A stretch of 64,000 bases of DNA from an uncultured delta proteobacterium (GTDB taxonomy: Bacteria; Myxococcota_A; Polyangia; Polyangiales; Polyangiaceae). Positions 39,442 to 48,328 of this stretch are shown here, piece after piece. The notes beneath the pieces are model-generated. The model was not told where the DNA came from and did not search any database. It saw only the letters and a list, made by a program, of their open reading frames with translations. Position 1 is the stretch's first letter. Every line of letters starts with the position of its first letter. The translations under genes were made by a program, and so were the position numbers. The stretch spans positions 237,978 through 301,977 of the forward strand of contig CAVQUB010000003.1 in NCBI GenBank assembly GCA_963716725.1, written 5' to 3'.

Positions 39442-41306
39442 GGTCGGATCCGGTAGAGCGCCACGCGCGCGTCGCTGCCTACGTACGCGTGCCAGCGCAT
39501 GCTCGGCCGCGCCGGCAAGATCCGCTCGGACACGAGCTCGAGCGACGCGCTGCCTTCGATGGCCGCGCACACGGGCTGGCCGTGGGGCGTCGAGCAGAGT
39601 GACGACCGGAAATAGTAGGCGGGAGCGGGGAGCGTGCCGAGATCGAAGCTCGAATCGCGATCGGAGAGGGGCGCGCGCTCGCCGGCGTAGAGCGGCAGCA
39701 CGCTGATCTGAGATCCCGCGCGCTCCAGGTAGGCAACGCTTGCGTTCGGCGCAAGACCCGAGCGCAGCCCGCGAAACCAGCTGGCCTCGAGGCTGTCGGT
39801 GGCGGGTTCGGATCGGGTCAGGCCTGTGGGGATCGCGAGCAGCGCCGCTACCACCACGACCGCCGCGACCCCACGCTGCGACTGCTTCACGAAGCGAAGG
39901 CGCGTCGCGACGACGATCGCGAGGCACACGACAGCGGGCAAGAACATGCGTCGATGAGCGTCGGTCACCGCGGGGTTCGGATCGCTCATCAGATCACTCG
40001 AGCGAGCCACGAAGTACGTGATCGCCACCACGGCCACGAGCACGGCGCCGCGCCACGACCTGAGCGCGACGCCCGCGAGCGCCAGGAGCGCGAGCCCAAT
40101 CCCAACCTTCCAGTCGGCGAAGACCTCCCAACGCGGGCCCGCGCTGGGGAGCCACTTCTGACCGAGCGGCCCGCGCACTACCTCGAGCATCTGCGTTCCG
40201 CTCGCGATGAAGACGACGACGGCGATCACCAGCCCGCCGAGGAGCGTGACCCGAGCGCGCCGTTGGAACGAGCCAGGACCGAATACGAGCGGGATCGGCG
40301 CGATGATCGCCGCGGGCCACACCAGGGGATGCAGTCGCACCAGCTGCGCCAAGAGCAACGCCGCCGCGCAGACCGGGATCCAGAAGGCCGCACTCCGAGG
40401 GCGAGGCTCGGCGAGGGCGCAGGCCGCAGCCGCGAGCATCGCGAAGGACAGCGCGGTGGCAAAGTACGACTCGGACATGGCGAGGCGGCCGAGCAAGGGA
40501 TCGATCGCGCAGGCGACGCCGACCGCCGCGCCGAGCCAGGGTTCTGCACCGAGCCGACGCGCGACTAGCCACGCGGCGGGCACGACGCTCGCTGCGAGCA
40601 CCGACTGCGTGAGCCAAATGCCGATCTCGGGCCGCGTGCCGAAACTCAGGGCCGCAGCCGCGAAGATTTGGTGAAACCCCGGGCCGTAGCTGGAGAGCCC
40701 CGGATCGTCTCGCAACGCGTAGCCTACCCAAACCGGGCCCTGACCGTTCTGGTGAAAGTAGGTCCCGCCGAAGGCCCACCAGCGGAGCAAACCGGTGAAG
40801 ACACCGAGCAGCACGGCCGCGACCGCTTCTTGCGAGAGCCGCAAGCGCCGCAGCGCGACGCCGAGGGCGGCGACGGCGAACAACGAGAGCCAGGGCGGTG
40901 TGAGCTGGCGCGGCTCGCGGCGATCGCTCCCGGCGTTGGCGCCCGTGCGATCAACCGGGAGATCGGCGTCGCGCGTCGCGCAGTGCTCGAGCGCTTTCAG
41001 CGCGGCCCGGCGCGCGTCCGATTCTTTCGACCAGTCGGCGAACTGTCCGACGGGCGAGAGCCCGATCTCGCCGGCGCTCACGAAGCTGCGTACGGCGCTG
41101 CTGCGAAGCTCGACGTCGAGGCGGGCATCCGCTGCGCGCACGACGACCACGCCCCCATCGCAGGTCACGATCTCGAGCCGCGTCCGCTCGGCACGGGCAC
41201 AGCGCGCGACCCAGCTCTCGATGCCCGGGTCGCAGTGCGGCGCTGCCGCCGCCACCGACGGCGCAGCGCAGAGCACGAGCAGCAGCACGAGCAGCCCTTT
41301 CGTCAT
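39438..41306 (-). CDS. Multi-TM membrane protein, GT-C-like, with N-terminal exported domain
   Basis: GGAGG RBS; signal peptide; about 10 TM segments; YGPGF, DPLLGRLAMSESYF loops. Confidence 0.65.
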   Translation of the reverse strand: MTKGLLVLLLVLCAAPSVAAAAPHCDPGIESWVARCARAERTRLEIVTCDGGVVVVRAADARLDVELRSSAVRSFVSAGEIGLSPVGQFADWSKESDARRAALKALEHCATRDADLPVDRTGANAGSDRREPRQLTPPWLSLFAVAALGVALRRLRLSQEAVAAVLLGVFTGLLRWWAFGGTYFHQNGQGPVWVGYALRDDPGLSSYGPGFHQIFAAAALSFGTRPEIGIWLTQSVLAASVVPAAWLVARRLGAEPWLGAAVGVACAIDPLLGRLAMSESYFATALSFAMLAAAACALAEPRPRSAAFWIPVCAAALLLAQLVRLHPLVWPAAIIAPIPLVFGPGSFQRRARVTLLGGLVIAVVVFIASGTQMLEVVRGPLGQKWLPSAGPRWEVFADWKVGIGLALLALAGVALRSWRGAVLVAVVAITYFVARSSDLMSDPNPAVTDAHRRMFLPAVVCLAIVVATRLRFVKQSQRGVAAVVVVAALLAIPTGLTRSEPATDSLEASWFRGLRSGLAPNASVAYLERAGSQISVLPLYAGERAPLSDRDSSFDLGTLPAPAYYFRSSLCSTPHGQPVCAAIEGSASLELVSERILPARPSMRWHAYVGSDARVALYRIRP

Positions 41307-41409
41307 CGACCTCCATTCAGCGTATCCGGGTCCCGCAATCCATGTCGCGGATTGGCACACGCTGGGCCACTCGCGAGGCGTGAGGTCCGGTGAGAGGCTC
41401 CGCATGGCG

Positions 41410-41425
41410 TGGCACGGGCGTTGCT
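41410..41425 (+). promoter_or_regulatory. Sigma54 -24/-12 promoter
   Basis: TGGCACG-ggcg-TTGCT, exact consensus, immediately upstream of ATG 41438. Confidence 0.7.
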
Positions 41426-41437
41426 CAGTCACGGAGC

Positions 41438-42133
41438 ATGCGTGGTCTATTGGTGCTGGGCGCTCTCACGTGGACGACTCTGCTTGCGGGCTGCGGGGGC
41501 AGTTCGACGCTCGATGGGACCGGCGGCTCGGGCACCGGCGCCTCGAGCGGATCGGGCGGCAGCGCGGGCTCGACGGGTGGCAGCGCGGGCAGTGGCGGAA
41601 CCGCGGGCAGCGGCGGAACCGCGGGCAGCGGCGGCTCCGCGGGCAGCGGCGGCCAGAACAGCTGCGGGCCCGAGACCAAGAAGTGCTCCGATCCGACCGA
41701 GTGCCTGCTCGTGACCCAGGACTGCTGTCTCTGCGGGATGCCCGAGCTGAAGGATTACCAGGCGGTCAACTCCAAGTACGAGGCTCAGTGCTCGTGCGGC
41801 GGCCCCATTTGCGACTGCATGTCGGGCAACAACGCCAACCTCGCGGCGACCTGCCGCAACAGCGCCTGCGAGGGCTTCGACGTGCGCAAGGTCGAGGCCT
41901 TCTCGGGCTGCACCAAGGACGACGACTGCACCCTACGGATGGGGCTGGATTGCTGCGAGGGCTGCGGCTCGAGCGCTGCGGATCTCGTCGCGGTGGCGAA
42001 GACGGGCGGCCCCGCGCTGATGAAGGCCGTCTGCCCCGGCGGGCCCATCGGCTGCCCCGCCTGCGCGCCGCAGTACCCTGACAACAAGAAGGCCGCTTGC
42101 GTATCGAAGCACTGTCAGGTCGTCGACAAGTGA
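41438..42133 (+). CDS. Gly-rich linker, Cys-rich lipoprotein
   Basis: LLAGC lipobox; two C-x4-[ED]C...DCC...C...C-x4-C repeats. Confidence 0.85.
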   Translation: MRGLLVLGALTWTTLLAGCGGSSTLDGTGGSGTGASSGSGGSAGSTGGSAGSGGTAGSGGTAGSGGSAGSGGQNSCGPETKKCSDPTECLLVTQDCCLCGMPELKDYQAVNSKYEAQCSCGGPICDCMSGNNANLAATCRNSACEGFDVRKVEAFSGCTKDDDCTLRMGLDCCEGCGSSAADLVAVAKTGGPALMKAVCPGGPIGCPACAPQYPDNKKAACVSKHCQVVDK

Positions 42134-43338
42134 CTCAGCTTTGCGGTGGGGCCCTTCGAGAGATGGGCCATGGCCTCCGCGAGCCCTTCGAGGGTCAGGT
42201 GGTGCATCGGAATCACCTCGGAGATCGCCTTGGCGGTCCCGCCGTTCCAGTACTCGGGCGGATCCGGGTTTAACCACACGCTGCGCTCGAAGCGCTCGTG
42301 GATGAACGTGAGCCAGTCGAGCCCCGAGAGTGAGCGTTCCCCGGCCGGAGATCCCCAGGGGCCCGTGCCGAGCAGCTCCCCGGGCGCCATGGCCGCGTCG
42401 CCCACGAAGATGACCTTCCAGCGACCGTTCAGCTGATCAACCAAGCGCGGCACCTCGATGGGATCCATCAGGCCGTCGGTAGAATATACGCGTCCGTAGA
42501 CGGTGTTGTGGAAATAGTAGGTGCGGAGCTCCCGGAAGTTCGACGCCCGGCGGGCCGCGCTGAACAGCTGCGAGCAGGTGTGCGCAAAGGGGTCCATCGA
42601 CCCGCCGACGTCCATCAAGAGCAGCACTCGCACGTTGCTGCGCCGCGGTGGACGCGTGACGATCTCGAGCTCTCCGCCGTTCTTGGCCGTGGCGTCGATG
42701 GTGCCTTCGAGATCGAGCTCGTCCACCGCGCCCTCGCGGGTGAACGAACGCAGCTTGCGCAGCGCGACTTCGATCTGTCGTACGTCGAGCACGAGATCGG
42801 AGCGGTAGCTGCGGTACCGGCGCGCGTCCGCCATGCTCATGGCGCTGCGACCACCGCGGCCCTGGGAGCCGGCGCGCATGCTGATGCCCGACGGGTGGTG
42901 GCCGCCGGTGCCGAAGGGGCTGGTGCCGCCGGTGCCGATCCAGCGGCTGCCGCCTTCATGGCGCTCCTTCTGCTCACGCATGCGCTGCTCGAGCAGCTCC
43001 CGCAGCTCGTCGAGGTCGAGCTCTTTCAGCGCCGCCTTCTGCTCCTCGGTCAAGCCCTCGAGGATCTTCGGATCCTTCAACCACTCTTCCAGATCCTTCA
43101 GGGCGCTCGCCGTCTCGAACACCACGCCCTTGAAGTGAGAGAGAAAAGCTTCGTCGAACTTGTCGAGATCGCTCTCACGGTGCACGATCAGCGCCCGCGC
43201 GACGAAGTAGAAGCCGTCGAGGGAGTTCTGGTGCAGCCCCAACGACAGCGCGCGGGCCAGCTGAACGGCCTCCTGCGCGCCGACCGGCATCCGGCGTGCG
43301 CGCAGCGCGTACAAGAAGGGAACGACAAACTCGCTCAC
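42115..43338 (-). CDS. VWA domain protein (CoxE/COG3825-like)
   Basis: HEGGSRWIGTGGTSPFG, ELDLEGTIDAT, MIDAS LLMDVGGSM, YFHN, FVGDAAM, VWLNP. Confidence 0.9.
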   Translation of the reverse strand: MSEFVVPFLYALRARRMPVGAQEAVQLARALSLGLHQNSLDGFYFVARALIVHRESDLDKFDEAFLSHFKGVVFETASALKDLEEWLKDPKILEGLTEEQKAALKELDLDELRELLEQRMREQKERHEGGSRWIGTGGTSPFGTGGHHPSGISMRAGSQGRGGRSAMSMADARRYRSYRSDLVLDVRQIEVALRKLRSFTREGAVDELDLEGTIDATAKNGGELEIVTRPPRRSNVRVLLLMDVGGSMDPFAHTCSQLFSAARRASNFRELRTYYFHNTVYGRVYSTDGLMDPIEVPRLVDQLNGRWKVIFVGDAAMAPGELLGTGPWGSPAGERSLSGLDWLTFIHERFERSVWLNPDPPEYWNGGTAKAISEVIPMHHLTLEGLAEAMAHLSKGPTAKLSHLSTT

Positions 43339-44948
43339 TCGGCCGTCCCCGCGCCGCAGCGCGCGTCGCCCGGCGTCGACACGACGAGCTCGTACTCACC
43401 CACTTCCAGATTCTGGGGCACTACGATGGCGCCGTCGTACTTGCCGTCGTCTCCGGCCGAGAGCGACTGAATGGGGATCATCTTGCCCGACTCGTGCCGG
43501 AGCGCGAAGTCCACCCGCACTCCCCGGCAGCCGTCCCCGCCAGACTCGATTCTGCCGCTCACGGCCAGCGGGTCGCCGCGCTTGACCGCGGGCTTGGCGA
43601 GCTTCACCTCGAGCTTCGAGGCGGGTCGGTCGTCGAACGCCGTCGCACCGGCGTCACCGACCCCCGGACCGGCGCTCGGGATGGGCACGGGCGTCATGCC
43701 AACGCCGGCGTCGCCCACCCCGCCATCGGCTCCGAGCTTGGCCGCGGTCGGCTGCGGACCGCCACCCGGGGACATGGTCCGATCCACGAGATCGCGCGCG
43801 CTCTCGGAGCCCGCCGGCCAGTTGAAGGGATCGCGCGGGGGTGCGTGCATGGGCTGGGAGGGGTCGCGATCGGTGTCGAGCCGCTCGGCCGCCCCACCGA
43901 GATCGATGCGATGCCAGATGCGACCGTCGAAGGCCTCGACCCACGCGTGCGCCTCGTTGCGCACCATGCGCGTGGGCAGACCGAGCGCTTGGGCGGTGAT
44001 GATGTAGGCGTAGGCGCGGTGACGACACACGCCCTTCTTGCTGAGCGCGAGCTCCTCGTACAAGGCAGCGCCCGAAGACAGGGGCCGGTCGTCGGAAGGC
44101 GCAAACGAGCGGAAGTGCGCCACCAGCGCGCCCACGGCCGCAGCCGGCGTCATCGCGCGCGACACGCCGATCTTCTCCAGCACTCGCTCGCCGGCGGCGC
44201 GGATCGACGGCGGCATGCGCGAAGTGAAGCGCGCCAGCGACACGAAGCTCGCATCCGGAGCGAAGACACTGCCGAAGGTCTCTCGCGGGATCGCGAGCTG
44301 GAGCACGAGCCGGACCCGCTTGTTGTCTGCTGCTCGCACGAACCAGTTCTCGGCGCCGTCGCGCTGAAGCTGAAACGCCGTCTCCGGAAGCGTATGAGCG
44401 GACAAGACCCGAGTGCCCGGGCCCACGCTGGGGATGCGCACGGGCGTATCCGCCACCAGATCGACGTTCATGTCGGCGTAGAACTGGTCGTCGCCGCTGC
44501 GCACGCTGCCGCCGATCATGAGCTTGGTGAGCCCCTTGTCGGCGACGCCGAGCTCGAGGGACTCCTCCACCACGTCGTAGGCGAACAGGCGTTTGAAGGG
44601 CGTGACTGCCGGAATGAAGGGATCGTCGTAGCTGACCAGATCGGGTCGCGAGGTATTGCGGTCGATGCGGTAGGTCGCGTCCACGCTGGCGGGGGTGGAC
44701 TTGCCGCCGTAGGTCGGCTCGTTCTTGCGGGGCGCGCGCAGCGGATCCGGCGCCTGGGCCACGCCGCTCGGGGTCTCGATGGCGGCGGGAAGCTTGCCAT
44801 CGGTGGTGGTCGCGTTCAGGGCGAGGTCTTCGCCGGGATCGGGCTCGAAGAAGGTGTGCAAGATCGGGCCCGCGGCGTGGGCCGGCAGCGCCATCGCGGC
44901 GATCAACGCCAGGCAGAGCTTCACGACGTGAAGGAGGCGTCGACTCAC
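43335..44948 (-). CDS. Secreted transglutaminase-like domain protein
   Basis: Cys-His-Asp triad motifs GVCRHRA, EAHAWVE, WHRIDLGG; signal peptide; Ig-like C-terminus. Confidence 0.88.
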   Translation of the reverse strand: MSRRLLHVVKLCLALIAAMALPAHAAGPILHTFFEPDPGEDLALNATTTDGKLPAAIETPSGVAQAPDPLRAPRKNEPTYGGKSTPASVDATYRIDRNTSRPDLVSYDDPFIPAVTPFKRLFAYDVVEESLELGVADKGLTKLMIGGSVRSGDDQFYADMNVDLVADTPVRIPSVGPGTRVLSAHTLPETAFQLQRDGAENWFVRAADNKRVRLVLQLAIPRETFGSVFAPDASFVSLARFTSRMPPSIRAAGERVLEKIGVSRAMTPAAAVGALVAHFRSFAPSDDRPLSSGAALYEELALSKKGVCRHRAYAYIITAQALGLPTRMVRNEAHAWVEAFDGRIWHRIDLGGAAERLDTDRDPSQPMHAPPRDPFNWPAGSESARDLVDRTMSPGGGPQPTAAKLGADGGVGDAGVGMTPVPIPSAGPGVGDAGATAFDDRPASKLEVKLAKPAVKRGDPLAVSGRIESGGDGCRGVRVDFALRHESGKMIPIQSLSAGDDGKYDGAIVVPQNLEVGEYELVVSTPGDARCGAGTAE

Positions 44949-44964
44949 GCCGGGAGCGTAGCAC

Positions 44965-46008
44965 GTGCTATTGCCGCTCCGTCCCGTGCCGCGACTCACC
45001 CCTTCCGTCTGTTTCGCTCTTGCAGCCTGCTCAGGCCCGACTCCGGCTCCCCGACCCGCGCCAGCGCCAGCGACCGCCGCGCAAACCGCAGCGCCATCTC
45101 CGAGCCCATCAGCGTCGGCGGCCACCGCGCCCGCTGCGCCGCCATCTGCGAGCACCTCACCCGAGCCGCCCGCGCTGAAGCTGCTCGCACTCAGCCGCGT
45201 GCTCGAAGCTCCGGTTCACTCGCTGGCGCTCGGCCACAAGGGCCGTGTCGCTGCCCTGGGCGCCGACGCTTGGCTCGACGACGGCAGGGGCTGGCGCAAG
45301 CTGCCCAAGCCGCCCGCGAACGACGCGACCGTGAAGATCTACTTTGGCCGGGACGACCAGCCACGATTGATGGGCTTCGACTCGGCGGCGCGGGGCGTCT
45401 ACGCGCGCTTCCGCAAGGGCGCGTGGGAGAGCGGTGCGGCGGAGATCGGCAAGCTCGGCACCGCTCCGATGACGCCGCTCTTCGGCGTGCTCGGCTACGA
45501 CGATCCCGAGGTCGTCTGCGCGCGCGATCGACTCTGCATCATCAAGCGCCACACGGGCTGGACCATGATCCCGCCTCCGCCCGGACCGCTGCGCGTCGAG
45601 CTCTGTGGCAAGGTGGCCTGGGCCTGGGACCGCGCGGGCGTTCACCGGCTGCACGACTCGGGCTGGCGCGCCCTCGACGTGAAACCCACGTTCTCGCGCG
45701 CGGAGCACCTGTGGGCGATCAGCGACTCCGACATCTGGCTCGCGGAGCGCGACTCGGGCCAACTCCACCACTTCGACGGCAAGGCGTGGAGGGCCGAGGC
45801 CTCACCGGTGCCCGGACCCCGCGCGCTGTGGGCGACGAGCTCGACCAACGTGTGGCTCGCGGCAGACGGCGGCATCGCTCGCTACGATGGCAAGTCGTGG
45901 CGCCGCGTCGACGGCGCCGCGCAGGCGGCGTTGGTCGTGACAGGGCGCAGCGCCCCGGAGATCTGGTTCGCCGGCGACTCCGGAGTGTGGACGGGATCCG
46001 CCGAGTGA
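44965..46008 (+). CDS. Lipoprotein with Pro-rich linker and beta-propeller-like repeats (start uncertain)
   Basis: FALAAC lipobox; LWAISDSDIW / HFDGKAW / RYDGKSW repeats. Confidence 0.78.
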   Translation: MLLPLRPVPRLTPSVCFALAACSGPTPAPRPAPAPATAAQTAAPSPSPSASAATAPAAPPSASTSPEPPALKLLALSRVLEAPVHSLALGHKGRVAALGADAWLDDGRGWRKLPKPPANDATVKIYFGRDDQPRLMGFDSAARGVYARFRKGAWESGAAEIGKLGTAPMTPLFGVLGYDDPEVVCARDRLCIIKRHTGWTMIPPPPGPLRVELCGKVAWAWDRAGVHRLHDSGWRALDVKPTFSRAEHLWAISDSDIWLAERDSGQLHHFDGKAWRAEASPVPGPRALWATSSTNVWLAADGGIARYDGKSWRRVDGAAQAALVVTGRSAPEIWFAGDSGVWTGSAE

Positions 46009-46015
46009 CTGAGCT

Positions 46016-47305
46016 TCAGGGTGCGTAGCTGAGCACGATAGTGGGATCGAAGGCCGTCGAGTCGCAGTAGTTGTCCACCCCCTTGTTCAGAACGAAGTCG
46101 ATCTTCTCGCCTGCCGCTACGCTCGAAGCCAGGTTGAAGGTGACTCCGATGTTGTCGTCGAGGGCGACGGCGCTCTGCCAGAGCAAGGTCGAGCCCTTGC
46201 GGATCGACACGTTGACCCCATCGGCGCCGCACTTGCCGTGAGCGTCGGAGGCCTTGCCCGTGATCTTCACGCTCCCGGCCTTCGGTGCTGTCCAGCGTCT
46301 CACAGCGTCCAACGCGGTTCCCGGATGTCCGCCGGTGGCGGTCACGGTCACGAAAGGGTCTGGCCCTTCCCACCAATTCTGGGCCGCGACGAAGGTCATC
46401 GGGCTGCCACTGGAGTCCCAATAGCTCCAGCCGTTCTTGCCCTGCACGTTCGAGAAGCCGACGGACGCCACGTAGGTCGCCACGCACGATCCGGCCTGGC
46501 ACGGCTCACCGGTGGCGCAGGCCTTGTTGCACCCGCCGCAGTGGCTGCTATTCGACGCGGTGATCACGCACTGGCTGCCGCACAACGTGGTCCCGCCAAA
46601 ACACGCCAGAACGCACGAGCCGTTGCTGCAACTGGCCACGCCATTGGCCGGGTCCGTGCACGCCTTCCCGCAGCCGCCGCAGTGTTGCTTGCTCGCCTTG
46701 GTGTCCGTGCACGCGCCCGCGCAGAAGGCGAGACCGGAGGGACAAACACACGCGCCGCTCTGACAGGTCTGCGCGCTGGCGCAGGCATTGCCGCAGCCGC
46801 CGCAGTGCTGGGGATCGGTCGCCGAGTTCACGCACGATCCGTTGCAGTTGGCCAGGGCGCCGCAGGTCGACGAGCACTTTCCCTCGAAACAAACCTCCGA
46901 CGCGGTGCAGGCCTTGCCGCAGCCACCGCAGTTCCCGTGGTCGGCCTTGGTGTTGACTTCGCAGCCGTCGGTGGGCTGCTGGTTGCAGTCGGCGTAGCCC
47001 GCGTCGCATGCTTGCACCCCGCACTGATCGGCCTCGCACTTCGCTGACGCCTGCGGCACGGCGCAGGCGTCGCATGCGCTCTGGGCGCAACCGTACTTGG
47101 GGTCGGTGGCCTCAACGCATCCGCCGCACCATTTCTGCGTGGGCCAGCACAGCGCGCCGTCCGGGGGCGGTCCCGAGTCGGCGCCTCCGTCCGGCGCCCC
47201 GCCCACGCCACCCGTGCCGCTGGGCGACTCGTTCGCCGGATCGACCGACATGCATGCGACCGCGGCCAACAGCGGCGTCGACATCCAGCCAGGCCAGCGC
47301 ACCAT
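46016..47305 (-). CDS. Cys-rich repeat lipoprotein (DPxHCGGCGxAC repeats) with C-terminal beta-sandwich domain
   Basis: LLAAVAC; about five D/SxxH/NCGGCGxAC repeats; FSNVQGKNGWSY...HPG...AVRRWTAP...DGV domain. Confidence 0.85.
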   Translation of the reverse strand: MVRWPGWMSTPLLAAVACMSVDPANESPSGTGGVGGAPDGGADSGPPPDGALCWPTQKWCGGCVEATDPKYGCAQSACDACAVPQASAKCEADQCGVQACDAGYADCNQQPTDGCEVNTKADHGNCGGCGKACTASEVCFEGKCSSTCGALANCNGSCVNSATDPQHCGGCGNACASAQTCQSGACVCPSGLAFCAGACTDTKASKQHCGGCGKACTDPANGVASCSNGSCVLACFGGTTLCGSQCVITASNSSHCGGCNKACATGEPCQAGSCVATYVASVGFSNVQGKNGWSYWDSSGSPMTFVAAQNWWEGPDPFVTVTATGGHPGTALDAVRRWTAPKAGSVKITGKASDAHGKCGADGVNVSIRKGSTLLWQSAVALDDNIGVTFNLASSVAAGEKIDFVLNKGVDNYCDSTAFDPTIVLSYAP

Positions 47306-47467
47306 GGTCGAAGGATAGCGGCAGGCCGGGGCGCAGGCGAGGAGCGCGCGGTCCACACCACCCCGCTCCTGGGTTTGCCAGGGGACGGAGACGTGTTGCA
47401 GTTCGTTCTACGTTGCGGTTGGCATCTGCCTCTTGCTCTTTGGCAAGAGCGGGGGTAGCCGGAACTC

Positions 47468-47812
47468 ATGATCCTTGTCGTGGATCCCGCTCACTGGCTC
47501 GATGAAGACGGCAATTTTCCAGAGGACGCGCGCCTTCGCCGCCGCATGTTGCGCATCGCTCGTTTCATCGAATACGGCGGGCCGATACCGAAGCGATCGA
47601 TTCGGGAGACGCTCGTGGAGTGCGACCGACGCCCCAAGCGCATCGCGTGTCCGGGACTCATTTGGGTGCGCAAGGAGGCCGACGATTCAATCGTCGCGTT
47701 CTGCATCGTGTGCAGGACCGACCAGGTGCTCATCCATTCATGGCAGGAAACCCTCTGGGCCAATGGCATGATGGAGCCGGTGCTGGAAGACGATCTCCCA
47801 TTGCTGCACTGA
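47468..47812 (+). CDS. Small putative Zn-binding protein
   Basis: CDRRPKRIAC...FCIVC...WQETLW; four Cys. Confidence 0.72.
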   Translation: MILVVDPAHWLDEDGNFPEDARLRRRMLRIARFIEYGGPIPKRSIRETLVECDRRPKRIACPGLIWVRKEADDSIVAFCIVCRTDQVLIHSWQETLWANGMMEPVLEDDLPLLH

Positions 47813-47837
47813 TCGTGTGCCCCGGGGATTGCCAGAG

Positions 47838-48296
47838 ATGGATGAAGCGCGCCTCCTAGACACGCTCTCGAAGATCGAGGCGCTCTTCGCTGGCGCAACT
47901 ACCGACGGCGAGCGGGTCGCCGCCGGCGAAGCGCGCCGTCGCATCCTCGCGCGGCTCACCGAAGTCCGCGCCCTCGACCCGCCCGTCGAATACAAGTTCA
48001 CGCTCTCCGATGCCTGGTCTCGGCGGGTGTTTCTAGCCCTGTGTCGGCGCTACGAACTGGTGCCGTACCGGCGGCGCGGCCAGCGCTTCACGACCGTGAT
48101 GTTGAAAGTACCGCGACGCTTCGTCGACGAGACCTTGTGGCCCGAGTACGTGCAGCTCAGCGACACCTTGCGCGCGTACCTCGACCAGGTCACCGAGCGC
48201 GTGGTCAGCCAGGTTCTCCAAGCGGACAGCTCCGAGGCCGAGGAGACAGCGGAACCGCGCCAGCTCGAGCTCGGCACGGGGCGCACCAAGGGCTAG
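47838..48296 (+). CDS. Hypothetical protein with DUF2786-like N-terminal helix pair
   Basis: LSKIEALFAGATTDGERVAA; WSRRVFLALCRRY, QRFTTVM, FVDETLWPEY. Confidence 0.75.
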   Translation: MDEARLLDTLSKIEALFAGATTDGERVAAGEARRRILARLTEVRALDPPVEYKFTLSDAWSRRVFLALCRRYELVPYRRRGQRFTTVMLKVPRRFVDETLWPEYVQLSDTLRAYLDQVTERVVSQVLQADSSEAEETAEPRQLELGTGRTKG

Positions 48297-48328
48297 ATTT
48301 TGGGGGATCGCGGCGCGCCGTCCCGAGC

